Shown: one piece after another, positions 17,745-29,763 of the stretch
Layout: each line of letters begins with the position of its first letter
Numbering within the stretch: the stretch's first letter is position 1
Assembly: GCA_045863235.1 (NCBI GenBank)
Contig: BTUM01000013.1
Coordinates: forward strand, 59,817 to 123,816
DNA: 64,000 bases
Source: Candidatus Xenobia bacterium
GTDB taxonomy: Bacteria; Vulcanimicrobiota; Xenobia; Xenobiales; QWHO01
Reading direction: 5' to 3'
Program-made: the position numbers and the translations under genes
Notes under the pieces: model-generated
What the model was told of the DNA's origin: nothing
The model's database searches: none
Seen by the model: the letters and a program-made list of their open reading frames with translations, nothing else

Positions 17745-20006
17745 ATGGGCGGGCGAAAAAAGGAAGCCAGGCGCCGGGTCGGCTGCTTTACACTGCTCAT
17801 GCGGCTTTTTGTCATGTGCTTTCTGCTCGCCCTGGCCGGAGGCTTGATCGCGTTTGCGGTGGCCTACCGGATGGTTTCCGAGCTCTCGCAGGGCCTGCCC
17901 GACGTGCGCCGGCTGGACCATTACGAGCCTGCCGAAACGACGCGCATCTATGCCGCCGATGGCTCTCTCATCGCCACTTTGTTCCAGGAGAATCGCACCT
18001 GGGTGCCCCTCAAGAAGATCGCTCCGGGCGTGGTTCAGGCCTTGCTGGCAACCGAGGACTCTCGATTCTACGAGCACGGAGGGGTGGACTGGGTGGGTGT
18101 GGGCCGCGCCGTCTACGTCGATTTGACCCACAAAGGTCGGCGTGAGGGTGCATCCACCATCACCATGCAGCTCGCTCGCAACCTGTTCCTGTCTCCCGAG
18201 CCCAGTATGAAGCGCAAGGTCAAGGAAGCCGTGCTGGCCCAGCGGATCGAGAAGGAATACAGCAAGGACAAGATTCTCGAGCTCTATCTCAATCAGGTCT
18301 ACTTCGGGGCCGGGGCTTACGGCATCGCGGCCGCGGCGAGTCTCTACCGCGAGAAGCCAGCCGACAAGCTGTCGGCGGCCGAATCGGCCCTGCTGGTAGG
18401 GCTGCTGCAAGCGCCTTCGGCCTATTCCCCGCTCGTGGACCCGAAAGCGGCCCGTACCAGAGCCGAGGTAGTGCTGGGGCGGATGCTGGCAGTTGGGGCG
18501 TTGACCCCTTCCGAGCACAAGAAGGCGGTGGCCGAGATTCAGGCGATGCGCTTTCCCGATCCGCAGCGCGACAAGACGACCACCCTGCTCAAGTATCCTT
18601 ACTTCACCACCTACGTGATTCGCGAGCTGTCAGTGCGCTATCCCGAGGAAGTGCTCTATCGCAGCGGCTTGAAGGTTCACACCACGCTTGATATCAAGGT
18701 CCAGCAGCAAGCCGAGCGCATCCTGCGCGAGGAAGTTCAGAATGCTGGCTACGCGCTCAACGTGGACACCGGGGCGGCCGTGCTGGTCGAGAATCAAACC
18801 GGATACATCCGGGCCATGGTAGGAGGCACGGGCTACAGCAAGACCAATCAGTTCAATCGGGCCTGGCAGGCTTTGCGCCAGCCCGGCTCGTCTTTCAAAG
18901 TCATCGTTTACGCCTGCGCTCTTGAGAACGGCTTTGTCCCCGACAGCGTGGTGGCCGATTCGCCGGTCAGCTACAACGTGGGGGGCACCACCTGGACGCC
19001 CAAGAACTCGGATGGTCAGTTCATGGGTGAGATCCCGCTCAAAACGGCCCTGCAGCACTCGCGCAACGTGGTGGCGGTCAAGCTCCTCTCCCAACTGGGC
19101 ATCGACCCGGTCATCTCGCTAGCTTACAAGATGGGGATCAAGCAAGAGCTGCCTCCCCACCTGTCCATTGCGCTCGGCTCGACCGAGGTCTCCCCGCTTG
19201 AAATGGCGGAGGTGTTCTCGGTGGTTGCCAACGGCGGCATCCGCCGCCGCCCCACGGCCATCAAGCTGGTTCAGGACTCGCACGGCGAGGTCGTGGAAGA
19301 CCATCGCCGCCCGGATGACATCCCGGTGCTTCGGCCCGAGACCGCCAGCTCGCTGACAGACATGTTGGTCAGCGTGGTCACGGCCGGCACGGGAACTCGG
19401 GCTCAGGTGCCGGGGCGCCCTATCGCCGGCAAGACGGGCACCACCGACAGTTTCAAGGACGCCTGGTTCTGCGGCTTCTCGCCTCAGTTCACGCTGGCCG
19501 TGTGGGTGGGCAACAACGACAACTCGCCCATGTGGCGCTCTTACGGTGGCGATCTGCCGGCTGCGATCTTCCGCCAGATCATGGGGGTGGCCCTGCAGGG
19601 GGCTCCAGTGGGGAGCTTCCCCAGGCCGACCCGGCCCAGCGCCGCAGCCCCCGCCCGGCCGGACCGCGAGGTGAGCCTGCGCCTCTGCTCGCAGACCCGG
19701 CTGATGGCCACCGAGGGTTGCCCCGAGGTAGAGGACGTCTTGATGAAGCCATCGGCTGCCCCGGCCGACATCTGTAAAGTGCATTTGAAGGCGTCCGACG
19801 TCGCTCCACCGCCGGCCGAACTGCTTCCCCCCGAAGAGCCCGCCGGCGAGGAAGTTCCCATGGCCGAGGAGACCCCTTCTGATGAATGGGTGGATGAAGA
19901 GCCGCCCAGCGCTCCGCCCACGCCTATGGAGGTTCTCCCTCCGCCTCAGCCGGTCGCACCGCCCCCTCCGGCTCCCACGGCCGCTCCCGAGGATTCGGAC
20001 TTTTAG
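17745..20006 (+). CDS. Class A penicillin-binding protein (PBP1A family)
   Basis: EDSRFYEHGG, GASTITMQL, ILELYLN; SxxK (GSSFK), SRN, KTG; Pro/Glu-rich tail. Confidence 0.95.
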   Translation: MGGRKKEARRRVGCFTLLMRLFVMCFLLALAGGLIAFAVAYRMVSELSQGLPDVRRLDHYEPAETTRIYAADGSLIATLFQENRTWVPLKKIAPGVVQALLATEDSRFYEHGGVDWVGVGRAVYVDLTHKGRREGASTITMQLARNLFLSPEPSMKRKVKEAVLAQRIEKEYSKDKILELYLNQVYFGAGAYGIAAAASLYREKPADKLSAAESALLVGLLQAPSAYSPLVDPKAARTRAEVVLGRMLAVGALTPSEHKKAVAEIQAMRFPDPQRDKTTTLLKYPYFTTYVIRELSVRYPEEVLYRSGLKVHTTLDIKVQQQAERILREEVQNAGYALNVDTGAAVLVENQTGYIRAMVGGTGYSKTNQFNRAWQALRQPGSSFKVIVYACALENGFVPDSVVADSPVSYNVGGTTWTPKNSDGQFMGEIPLKTALQHSRNVVAVKLLSQLGIDPVISLAYKMGIKQELPPHLSIALGSTEVSPLEMAEVFSVVANGGIRRRPTAIKLVQDSHGEVVEDHRRPDDIPVLRPETASSLTDMLVSVVTAGTGTRAQVPGRPIAGKTGTTDSFKDAWFCGFSPQFTLAVWVGNNDNSPMWRSYGGDLPAAIFRQIMGVALQGAPVGSFPRPTRPSAAAPARPDREVSLRLCSQTRLMATEGCPEVEDVLMKPSAAPADICKVHLKASDVAPPPAELLPPEEPAGEEVPMAEETPSDEWVDEEPPSAPPTPMEVLPPPQPVAPPPPAPTAAPEDSDF

Positions 20007-20143
20007 AGCGATCAGCGCGCTGGGTCGGGCCCCTCATCCTTGGAGCCGCTCGGAACAGTTCTTCGCGGCAAGTCACGGGCCCGGCTCCAGGCTCTGGGGC
20101 AGGCAGGCCTTCAGCCGACCTTCAGGGAACTTTCCCGCCCGTC

Positions 20144-22867
20144 ATGGCCTTTTGGAACAAGTTGTTCGGTCGCGCGCAAGCGGGGGAAGCGGAGGGCGCT
20201 CCCACTGCTCCGGCGCCGCCCGTTCCCGTTCCCGAGCCTTCGCCTGCCCCTCCCCCCGTCGTGCCGGCGACCCTGCCCGTTCACGAGATGGGCGAGCTTC
20301 TGCGGGGGCTCACCCAGGAGAAGCGCACGCTGCACTCGGTGCTGCTGAACCTGGCCCGCTCGGCCCGGCCCGAGCTGGCGGCCCGTCTCGAGGGCCTCTC
20401 GCCGGCCGACGTGGTGCTGGATGCCGAAAGCCAGGTCTCGGTGCACGAGTTGGCCATGCAGCTGCGCTTTCAGGCCAACACGGTGGCTGCTTTTGCGCTG
20501 TTGGCCCGGGCCAGCCGCGACGCTCTGAGCGACTGGAGGGTCGAGCCGGCCGATCTGGGTCTGGTCCAGGACGCCTTCGGAGGCTCGGGCGAGAGCGAAT
20601 TTGCCCGTACTATGGCCGGTTTGCGCACCCGGCGCACGGCTCTGGACGTGCTCGAGGATTTGGCCCGCGACAGCGGCAACGAGCGCGTGCGGGCCTTTGC
20701 CAGGAAGCTGCGCGAGGTGCATCCGACGGGCCACTTCCGGGTCAACGACGAGCAGACGGCCCTGACCGGCCTGCTGGTGGATCGGGGTAAGCCGATGAAC
20801 CCCCACACCATGATGGCCATCTGCCTGTTCGTGGACACCGACGCGGGTTTGCTCGGGCCCGAGATGCTGCCGGAGCTGGTCGAGCACGCCGACACGGTGG
20901 ATACTTCGCTGTACGCCATGGTGGCGGCCGCGCAGGCTTTCGGGCTACCGCTGGTGGCGCTGGCTCTGGACGAGACCCTGCCAGCCGAGAGTGCCGACTT
21001 TCTGGCCGAGCTGACGCGAGCCACAGCCAGCAGCCTGATCGCCTGCTACCGCCGTCAGGGCAGCCCCGGTCGCTGGTGGGAGCGGCTGGCCGACCCCGCG
21101 GACGCAGCCCGAGTCGAGCTCGAATACGAGCTGGAGTTCTCAGGGCTGGTCATGCTCTCTCCCCCCGATCCGGTCAGTGGGCCGCAGGTGCTGGGCCGTC
21201 AGGGCGATTTCTGGACGGTGCACTCGGGGCAGGGGATGGCGGTGCAGCGGCCCGAGGTCTTTCCAGCCCGGCTGCGTGAGCTGGAGAGCTCCAGCCTGGT
21301 GCGCTTCGATCCGGCCGAGCCGGAGCGGTACCTTCTGCGCTCGCGGCTGGTGCACGCTGTGCACGAGGCGGTGCGTCCGGTGCAGAGAGAGTCCTTGCGG
21401 GCCAATCCCGAGCTGCTCACGAATCTGCTCCGCTTTCTTCGCACCGACCGGGCCCATTCGCTGCTCGAAGGTCTGGTCCACAAGGACACCCTCGAGGGCC
21501 TGTTGACTGTCCTGGAGGAAGATCGCACGCTGGATTTCCACTTCTACGCGCCATTGGCTCAGGCTCTGCGCACCGCCGAGCGCCTGGACTGGCTGGCTTT
21601 GCCGGTGATGCTGCGCCTGTGCGAGGATGACACGCTCAAGTTGCGGGGCGCCTACAAGCAGTTTGACGGAAAGCGCCTGGCCACGCTGGTGCGCCAGCGT
21701 CTCTCCGACCAGCTTTTCTCGGAAGAGCCCGAGGTGCGCCTGACGGCCGCTCGTCTGCTGGCCACTCGCGAGGGTGCGGGCGAGGGCCAGACCCGCATCC
21801 TGGCCGAAGACATGCTGGCCAGCGTGCTGCAAGAGCCCGATCCGGTTCTGGTCGCCGCCGCCACCGAGGGATTGGTTCGGTTGGTGCTGCTGGAGGATCT
21901 GCCGGGCCTGGTAGAGGTGGGAGCCAGCACGCTGCAGCCTCCCCAGGAAGACCTGCTCGACCGCGACGAGGTGGCGCGACAGCTCGAGCAGATCCGGGTG
22001 TGGGTCTCGGAGCTGGCTCGTAAGGACGAGCTCGAGCCGCTGAAGCTGCCGTTTACCGACCAGCAAGGTCACGTCCTGGACGAGCTGGCCCTGCCGCTGG
22101 CCGAGACCCTGGCGGCCGCCCAGCAGGGATGCCGGTCCGATCGCAGCCACCTCGACCACGTGTATCTTGCAGTGGTGAGCGAGGCCGAGGTGAGGGAAAC
22201 CGGCCTGGAGCTGGTCGAGGGTTTCCGGAAGCTGGCCCGCAGCGAGAAGAAGTCGCTGTACCAGCTCATGCGCGAGGGTGCCGAGCGGGTTCAGCTCTAC
22301 CACCGATCGTGGTTGGAGGAGTCGTCCCGGCCCCCGGTGCTGGGCGGCTGGCACGGGCCGTATACAGTGTTTCACCAGGGCCCGGGCCAGGAAGTGGGCG
22401 TCTTCATCGAGCCCGGCAAGCCCTCGCCGCTCTTTTTGGAGCTGGTCGAGCGCCAGCGTCGCGCCGCCGAGGTGCGGGTGGTGCGGCTGGTGGAGGAGGG
22501 AGCCAGGCCGCCTCGGGGGATGGATGTCATCGAGCACTCCTATCGCACCGATCGTGCTTTCGAGCCGCGACAGATCCAGCTCTTGCAGGTGCGTTCGGCC
22601 CGCTTCGTGCCGCTGGTGATGGAGCTCTACGCCTTCCTGCCTTCCGATCTGACCCCGCCCGAACGTCCGCTGGTGGCGGCCCTGCTCGACCTTTATCAGA
22701 ACAAGCGCACTGGCACTCTGTGGGAGAACGCCCTGCAGAGCGAGGTTGAAGTTTCGGTGGAGCGGCCTGGTCGCGAAGCCCTCAAGCCTCGCCTGAACCG
22801 CCTCAGCCAGCGCTTTGGACTGCCCGAGGGGGCCCTGGCGGGCATTCAGGTTCCGGGTTTCGACTGA
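20144..22867 (+). CDS. Large hypothetical helical protein (HEAT-like segment)
   Basis: 907-aa ORF; EEPEVRLTAARLL…EPDPVLVAAATEGL resembles HEAT repeats. Confidence 0.7.
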   Translation: MAFWNKLFGRAQAGEAEGAPTAPAPPVPVPEPSPAPPPVVPATLPVHEMGELLRGLTQEKRTLHSVLLNLARSARPELAARLEGLSPADVVLDAESQVSVHELAMQLRFQANTVAAFALLARASRDALSDWRVEPADLGLVQDAFGGSGESEFARTMAGLRTRRTALDVLEDLARDSGNERVRAFARKLREVHPTGHFRVNDEQTALTGLLVDRGKPMNPHTMMAICLFVDTDAGLLGPEMLPELVEHADTVDTSLYAMVAAAQAFGLPLVALALDETLPAESADFLAELTRATASSLIACYRRQGSPGRWWERLADPADAARVELEYELEFSGLVMLSPPDPVSGPQVLGRQGDFWTVHSGQGMAVQRPEVFPARLRELESSSLVRFDPAEPERYLLRSRLVHAVHEAVRPVQRESLRANPELLTNLLRFLRTDRAHSLLEGLVHKDTLEGLLTVLEEDRTLDFHFYAPLAQALRTAERLDWLALPVMLRLCEDDTLKLRGAYKQFDGKRLATLVRQRLSDQLFSEEPEVRLTAARLLATREGAGEGQTRILAEDMLASVLQEPDPVLVAAATEGLVRLVLLEDLPGLVEVGASTLQPPQEDLLDRDEVARQLEQIRVWVSELARKDELEPLKLPFTDQQGHVLDELALPLAETLAAAQQGCRSDRSHLDHVYLAVVSEAEVRETGLELVEGFRKLARSEKKSLYQLMREGAERVQLYHRSWLEESSRPPVLGGWHGPYTVFHQGPGQEVGVFIEPGKPSPLFLELVERQRRAAEVRVVRLVEEGARPPRGMDVIEHSYRTDRAFEPRQIQLLQVRSARFVPLVMELYAFLPSDLTPPERPLVAALLDLYQNKRTGTLWENALQSEVEVSVERPGREALKPRLNRLSQRFGLPEGALAGIQVPGFD

Positions 22868-22932
22868 GAAGTCGGTTTCGCGCAAGGCCTTTGGTAGGCA
22901 CTGGACAACGCCCTGGAACGCAGTTCCCGGGT

Positions 22933-22975
22933 TACACTCCGCGCGTTGACCTGTTCAAAATGAGAACGCGCGCGG
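22933..22975. repeat. REP-like extragenic palindrome, copy 1
   Basis: TACACTCCGCGCGTTGACCTGTTCAAAATGAGAACGCGCGCGG; homologous to 24650-24698. Confidence 0.65.
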
Positions 22976-23007
22976 CGCCTTGATTGCATGACCAGAGTGC
23001 GAGCACA

Positions 23008-24117
23008 TTAGCGACGCTCGATGACCACCACGTGCATATGGTCGCCGGTCTTGTATTTGCTGGTGCGCACGTACTCGTTAAAGGGCTTGAAGCCCGACTG
23101 CCAGGAGAGCTCCTCCACCAGCTTGGATTCCTCGCGGGTCAGGTTCTCGACCACGAAGTCCACCGCCAGGCCGTTCTTGTGGGCCGGGTCGGTGTGTCGC
23201 CCGGCCGTGGTGGAGGTGATGCGCACCTCGCGGTCCGGGAAGTGCTCGGCCAGCTTCTCCTCCAGGCGGGCGTAGGCCAGAGCGGTGGAGGGCTTCATCT
23301 TGTAGCCCTTGAAGCGCACCATGAGACTGGGTTTCTTCTGGACCAGCTCGACCATCTTGGGGTCGTCCTTGCTGGTGTCCAGCTCCACCACCACCCGGGC
23401 AGGGTTGCCCAGCCGGACGTCCTCCCCCAGCAACGCCCGCTGCTCGGGCGGCATGGCCGCGGCCTGGTCGGCCGAGACCAGGGTTCCGGTATCCTTCCAA
23501 CGCCCCTGGTTGAAGAGCTGGCCGCCTACGGGGCGGTGCCCGAAGCGGCGCGTGCCATCCGGTTCGGTCCCGTAGGAGCGCTGGGTATCCACCAGCTCGC
23601 CCGGCACGGCCTTGCCCACGGCCGGGTGGATCAGCACCTGCTCGGCGTCGCCACTCTTGATCTCCTCGAGCTTGATGCCCACCCGGGTGGCAAAGGCTTT
23701 CTGCTGGGCCGCGGGCATGGCTGCGAACTGGTCGGCCGTGACGGCGGTGTGGGTGTCGGCCCAGTTGCCGGCCCGGTCAAACCATGCTCCGCCTCGCATC
23801 TCGTGGCCGAAGGAGCGCCATCCCCGGGCGTGGGCGGGGCTGAGACCGTTGTCCAGCGTGGTGGCCGTATCGATCTTGGCGACGGCCCGCGCGTCCACTT
23901 CCTCCACCGGTTTCTCCTGGGCCACGGCCAGGGCTGGAACCAGGCTGGCAAAGGCCAGCAGCCCCAGGGCCGCGGTCCGTCGTAGCCCGCTCAGCGAGCT
24001 GTCCTCGGTTTCGTCCTGGGGGGCGGGGAGGGGGATGTCGACGCTCTCGCCGGGCACCACGGGCTCGCGAGAGCCGGGGGGCGGGGAATAGGGATTCAGA
24101 CCCAGAGGCTGGAGCAT
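23008..24117 (-). CDS. Exported protein with C-terminal M15/Hedgehog-type Zn peptidase domain
   Basis: Hydrophobic segment, then ITSTTAGRH…AHKNGLAVDF…DHMHV (H-x6-D…H). Confidence 0.65.
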   Translation of the reverse strand: MLQPLGLNPYSPPPGSREPVVPGESVDIPLPAPQDETEDSSLSGLRRTAALGLLAFASLVPALAVAQEKPVEEVDARAVAKIDTATTLDNGLSPAHARGWRSFGHEMRGGAWFDRAGNWADTHTAVTADQFAAMPAAQQKAFATRVGIKLEEIKSGDAEQVLIHPAVGKAVPGELVDTQRSYGTEPDGTRRFGHRPVGGQLFNQGRWKDTGTLVSADQAAAMPPEQRALLGEDVRLGNPARVVVELDTSKDDPKMVELVQKKPSLMVRFKGYKMKPSTALAYARLEEKLAEHFPDREVRITSTTAGRHTDPAHKNGLAVDFVVENLTREESKLVEELSWQSGFKPFNEYVRTSKYKTGDHMHVVVIERR

Positions 24118-24143
24118 ATCGTGCCCAGCTTAACCGACGACCC

Positions 24144-24608
24144 TTAAAGAGTGTTGATACTGTAAGCCACCTGAGTGTAGTAGCTGCCCGTCAAGACGGC
24201 TACCAGCAAGGCCAGCACCAGCGGCCAGGCGAGGTAGGCGGCCACCGCAAACAACTGCCTCAACTGGGCCACGCCGTGCATCAGGTGGGAGATGTCGCTC
24301 CCCTCGGTGCAGACGATCTGCACGAAGTCCGCCGAGGCCTTCTTGAGGTAGAGCCCCAGGAACATGATGACGAAGGCTGCAAAAACCGACAGGATGACGG
24401 GAAAGAGCACCGGCAGGCCGCTGGTGGTGCCGGCCAGTTGCAGAGCCAGGAAGCAGCCGTAAATGACGTAGAGCGCCCCGCCCATGAAGAGTGAGTAGGA
24501 AAGAATGCGCATGTTGCGCGTGAGGGACACGAAGAGCTTGTTTTCCTCTTCATTGAACTCGTAGTTTGCCGTCTTTACGGTGGTTTCGGTCGTGGTTTCG
24601 TCAGCCAA
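24144..24608 (-). CDS. Hypothetical membrane protein (3 TM)
   Basis: TTG 24608 with GGAGGAG upstream; YEFNEEEN followed by hydrophobic helices. Confidence 0.7.
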   Translation of the reverse strand: MADETTTETTVKTANYEFNEEENKLFVSLTRNMRILSYSLFMGGALYVIYGCFLALQLAGTTSGLPVLFPVILSVFAAFVIMFLGLYLKKASADFVQIVCTEGSDISHLMHGVAQLRQLFAVAAYLAWPLVLALLVAVLTGSYYTQVAYSINTL

Positions 24609-24649
24609 GGTCGTTTGAACGCTCCTCCCCGGAAATCCCCTTGGGGTTC

Positions 24650-24698
24650 TACAGTCCCGCGCGTTGACCTGTTCAGAATCAGATCGCGCGGGATTGTG
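24650..24698. repeat. REP-like extragenic palindrome, copy 2
   Basis: TACAGTCCCGCGCG-TTGACCTGTTCAGAATCAGAT-CGCGCGGGATTGTG; 14-bp stem allowing G-U pairs. Confidence 0.65.
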
Positions 24699-24742
24699 GA
24701 CAATCTGTTGAACGGCGCCGCGCAAATTCCTGAAGCGCCGCC

Positions 24743-26687
24743 TTACAAGCTTGTTTTGACTCCCCCCAGACGGTAGGCGAGCATGTAGGGGACCAGGATC
24801 AGGCAGAGCAGCACCAGTCCGTAGGCCGAAGCTTCGAAGATGCGCCCGTTGGTGATGGCGTGGAAGACGAACATGCCGGCCGGATACGACTTGGGCGGGC
24901 AGATCATCATGGTGATGGCTACGTCCTGCATCATGGAGATGAAGGCCATGATCCCGCCCGCCAGCAGGCCAGGCAACACCAGGGGCACGGTCACCTTCCA
25001 CAAGGTCAGGCCGGCGGGGGCGCCCATCGTCTTGCTCGCTTCCTCCATCGAGATGCCGATCTGCTGGAAGGAAGCCAGGGTGGAGCGCACCCCGTAGGGC
25101 ATGCGGGTGACGATGTAGGCGATGATCACCAGCGTCACCGTGAAGTGGAGAGGCAGGGGGGGATTGTTGAACGCCCCGATCAGAGCCACGGCGAAGGCCA
25201 CGCCGGGCACCACGAAGGGCAGGGCTACGGCGAAGTCGAGCAGGTGGCGGCTCCAATGACGGCTGCGCGAGATCAGGTAGGCCACCGTGAAGGAGAGGAC
25301 CAGGGCTCCGCCCAGGGCCGGCAGCACCAGCTTGAAGCTGTTGACCAGGGGCGAGTTGGGCCGCATCAGGTCGGCGAAGATGTGCTGGTAGCGGGCGAAG
25401 GTGTAGTGGGTGGGGAAGGTCTCCGCGCCCCAACCGGCGGCCAGCGAGATGAGGCCCATGGTGGCCAGCAGGGCGGCCGGCACCGAGAGGACGGCCAGGC
25501 ACCAGAGCAGCGCCCCGTAGCGCACCAGGGGCGATTTGGAGAGCCCTCCGGAGGCGCCCGAGCGACCCGTCACGGTCTGGAAACTTCCCCGCTCCACGAA
25601 GTACTTCTGCAGGGCCAGAAGCAGCAAGATGGTGAGGATCATCAGGGTGCTGAGCATGGAGGCTCCCCCCCAGTAGGTGGAGCCGGACTGGTCGCGATAA
25701 GCCTCCAGCACGATCAGGCGGTAGCTGGTCGGCACCAGCAGCTCCAGGGTGCCGAAGTCGCCGAACGAGCGGATGAAAACCAGCAGCGCCCCGGCCGAGA
25801 TGCCGGGGAGGATGACCGGCAGGCTGACCGTCCAGAGGGTGAAGTTGCGCCGCGCTCCCATCACCTCGGCGGCTTCGCCCAGGCTGGGGTCCATGCGGTC
25901 CAGGGCGGCGGCGGTGGTCAGCATGACCAGGGGAAACTCCAGGAAGGCCTGCACGCAACCGGCCGAGAGCACTGACTGGGAGGCAAAGGGGTGAACCAGG
26001 CCGACGGCCTCCATCAGGTTGGTCACGATGCCGGCGTCGCCCATCAAGATCTTGAAGGAGAGCGCGGCCAGGAAGGATGGGATGGCCAGCGGCACCACGC
26101 ACAGCAACCGGACCCAGTGCCGGCCCGGCATGGTGGTGCGGGTCAGGCAGAAGGCCACGCTGACGCCCAGGGCGGTGGCCGCCAGGCTCACCAGGGGGCT
26201 GAACCCGAAGGCGTAGAGCAATCGCTCGCCCAGGTTGCCCTCCTTGAGCGCCAGGCACGCGAGCAGGGCGACCAGGAAGACCGAACCCATGAGGGGCAGG
26301 CCCAGCCACTTGCGCTGGGCAGGCTTCAAGAGGGCCTGCACGGGCAAGCCCACCAGCCAGGAGAGCGAAGCCGCCAACGGGGCCACGCCCACGCTGTTGA
26401 GCAGGCCCTCCCAGTAGCGCGGGTACTGGAAGAACTCGCTGTAGTACTTCAAGCCGGGCGGAGTCTGGCTCAGCTCCTTGAGAAGGCCCGGGAGGTCGAG
26501 CGTCAAGAGCAGTCCGGGCAGGTTGATCGGCTCGCCGGTGAAGCCCACCAGCACCAGGCCCAAGATGGGCAGGCCCAGGAAGAGCAGCAGAAAAAGGCTG
26601 ACAGCCAGGACCAGCACGCCCCGCGTCCAGGCCGGCCGCACCAGCGGCACCACCACCAGGGCCAGGGCCATCAGGTAGAGCAGCAGC

Positions 26688-26695
<8 letters not shown>
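24743..26695 (-). CDS. ABC transporter permease, FbpB/AfuB-type (two EAA loops)
   Basis: LGEAAEVMGA and MEEASKTMGA loops; many TMs. Confidence 0.9.
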
Positions 26696-27790
<1,095 letters not shown>

Positions 27791-27794
<4 letters not shown>

Positions 27795-28852
27795 TTGTCG
27801 ATCTCCTCCACTTCGTTCTGCCAGCGCTTCTTGATGGGCTCGAGGTGCTCGGCCATCCAGTCCGGCTCCAGGCGCATGGCCCGGCTGATGAACTCGTCGT
27901 AAGTGAGGCCCTTGAGGCCTTTGGGGGGCGGGAAGCTGGGGTCGATGGTGAAGAACAGGCGGTTGACGATGGCCTGGCCTTCCTTGCCCACCACGAAGTC
28001 GATGAAGAGCTTGGCTTCCTCGGGGTTCTTGCAGCCCTTCACCAGGGCGATGGGGTCCACCGTGATGGGGCTGTCGGGAGGCAGCACCCAGCGGATGTTC
28101 TCGCGCTGCTCGCCCAGGTCCAGGCCAGCCGTCTGCTCTTCCAAGAATTCCAGCACCTGGTGCTCGAAGTGGATGCCCAGCTCGACCTCGCCCCGGGCCA
28201 CGCTGAAGGCCGGCTTGCCTTCCTTGGTGTAGCCCTTGAGGTTGACCCAGAAGGCCTTGAGGTAGTCCCAGCCGGCCTCCTCGCCTTTGTCTTCCTGGAT
28301 GGCCCGCAGCAGGGCGGCGTTGAGGAAGAGCATGGCGGTGCCGCTCGAGGAGGGGTCCCACATCTCGATCTTGCCCTTCCAGCGCGGGTCGATGAAGTCG
28401 TTCCAGGTCTTGGGGGCCTGCTCGGGCGGAACCACCTGGGGGTTGAAGGCAAAGCCCAGCCCGATGACCGACATCCCCATCCAGTGCCAGTCTTTGTCGC
28501 GCAGCAAGAGGTTGCCTCGCCGCTCACCCATGCCCTCGTAGCCTTTAGGGATATAGGGCTCGAGCAGCCCCTCGCGGGTAGCGTCGATAAAGGGGATCAT
28601 CCCGGCCGCTCCGTACCACACGTCGGCTCGCGGGTTCTCGCGCTCGGCCTTGATGCGGCCGTAGACCTTGGTGGTGCCCTCCATGACCTGCTCCACCTCG
28701 ATGTGGGGGTACTTCGCCTCGAAAGCCTCGGCCAGGGCGATGGCGGTGAGCTGGGGGAAGGGGGTGTAGACCACCACCCGCTTCTTGGGCGGGCCCTGGG
28801 AGCAGGCCGAGACCAGCGTCATGGCGAGGATCAGGAGGAGGGCGCGAAACAC
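27791..28852 (-). CDS. ABC substrate-binding lipoprotein (FbpA/AfuA-like)
   Basis: Lipobox VSAC; ERENPRADVW, PKTWNDFIDPRWKG, DPSSSGT. Confidence 0.88.
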
Positions 28853-28908
28853 GCCCCGGCGATTCTGCGCCGGGCTCGCAAGGGCCTGCCCGGGTGGGAC
28901 GATTCTGG

Positions 28909-29346
28909 TTATCCTTCCGCTTGAAGGGGGTTTCGCCACCTGAGCCCGGAGAAACGAGCAAAGTCGGCATCATTTGAGTGAATCTCAGCCTGGTACTCGA
29001 TCGCGATGGCAGCCAGGTGCGCATCTGTGACCAGGTTCCCCCCCACACCCGCCTCTCGCAGGGCGCGCTCGAAGAGCTCGAGATGACGAGGACCCGGGTC
29101 GAGCACCTCCACGCTGGCAAGGCTCAGCCAGGATCGGACGTGCTCGAGAGCCCGCCTGGGATCAAGCGGCTCGAGAAGCACCGCCGGGTGGGTCATCAGC
29201 CGCACGAACCCGCAGGTGACCGCCCACGGCAGCCCGATGGGCTGATCCCCGGAGAGCAAATCCTCCCACCAGCGCCGGGCCTTTTCGTGACCGGGGGCAT
29301 CCGCGTTGTAGGCATAGACGAGCAGGTTCACGTCAGGGATGATCAC
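28909..29346 (-). CDS. vapC: VapC PIN-domain toxin
   Basis: IPDVNLLVYA, DAHLAAIAIE, SNDADF. Confidence 0.92.
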   Translation of the reverse strand: MIIPDVNLLVYAYNADAPGHEKARRWWEDLLSGDQPIGLPWAVTCGFVRLMTHPAVLLEPLDPRRALEHVRSWLSLASVEVLDPGPRHLELFERALREAGVGGNLVTDAHLAAIAIEYQAEIHSNDADFARFSGLRWRNPLQAEG

Positions 29347-29609
29347 CGGTCCCCGCGTGCCTCGCGAGCAAAATCCTGGACTTCCAACTCGTCGAGCAGT
29401 TGATTCAGTCGGCCGGGATCGATGCCGGGGCGGAACCCACCGTGATGAGGCTTGACCTCAAATCGCGCTCTCCTGGCCGGCTCTTGCTGCGCGCTCAGGC
29501 CCCGTCGGATCAGCTCGTTCAGGGCCTGCTTGAATGACAGCTTCTCTCTGTGAGCATAACTCTTAAGTTTTTCAGCAACGTCGGGCTCGAGTGTTACGGT
29601 GGTTCTCAT
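29343..29609 (-). CDS. vapB: VapB-type RHH antitoxin
   Basis: MRTTVTLEPDV…SFKQALNELIRRGL; GTGA overlap with vapC; TTGACA-17-CATGAT promoter 6 nt before the ATG. Confidence 0.85.
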   Translation of the reverse strand: MRTTVTLEPDVAEKLKSYAHREKLSFKQALNELIRRGLSAQQEPARRARFEVKPHHGGFRPGIDPGRLNQLLDELEVQDFAREARGDR

Positions 29610-29763
29610 GGTGACATCATGAGGACAGAAGTCTCTGCTGTCAAGATGCTCGCAGGCGCTCGGCTCCATTCCGCAGCTGTGACGCTCCTTCCCGCGCGCA
29701 AAGGGGGTCCGCGGGTAGAAACGAAATGGCTGGGCCCAGAGAACAAGAAGAGGAGGGCTGTCT

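Noticed and set aside
22933..24698. Integron attC sites
   Set aside because: No RYYYAAC…GTTRRRY boxes bounding the palindromes and no IntI.
24609..26309. 721-aa ORF 24144-26309
   Set aside because: The upstream part is an alternative frame of the ABC permease; only 24144-24608 looks coding.
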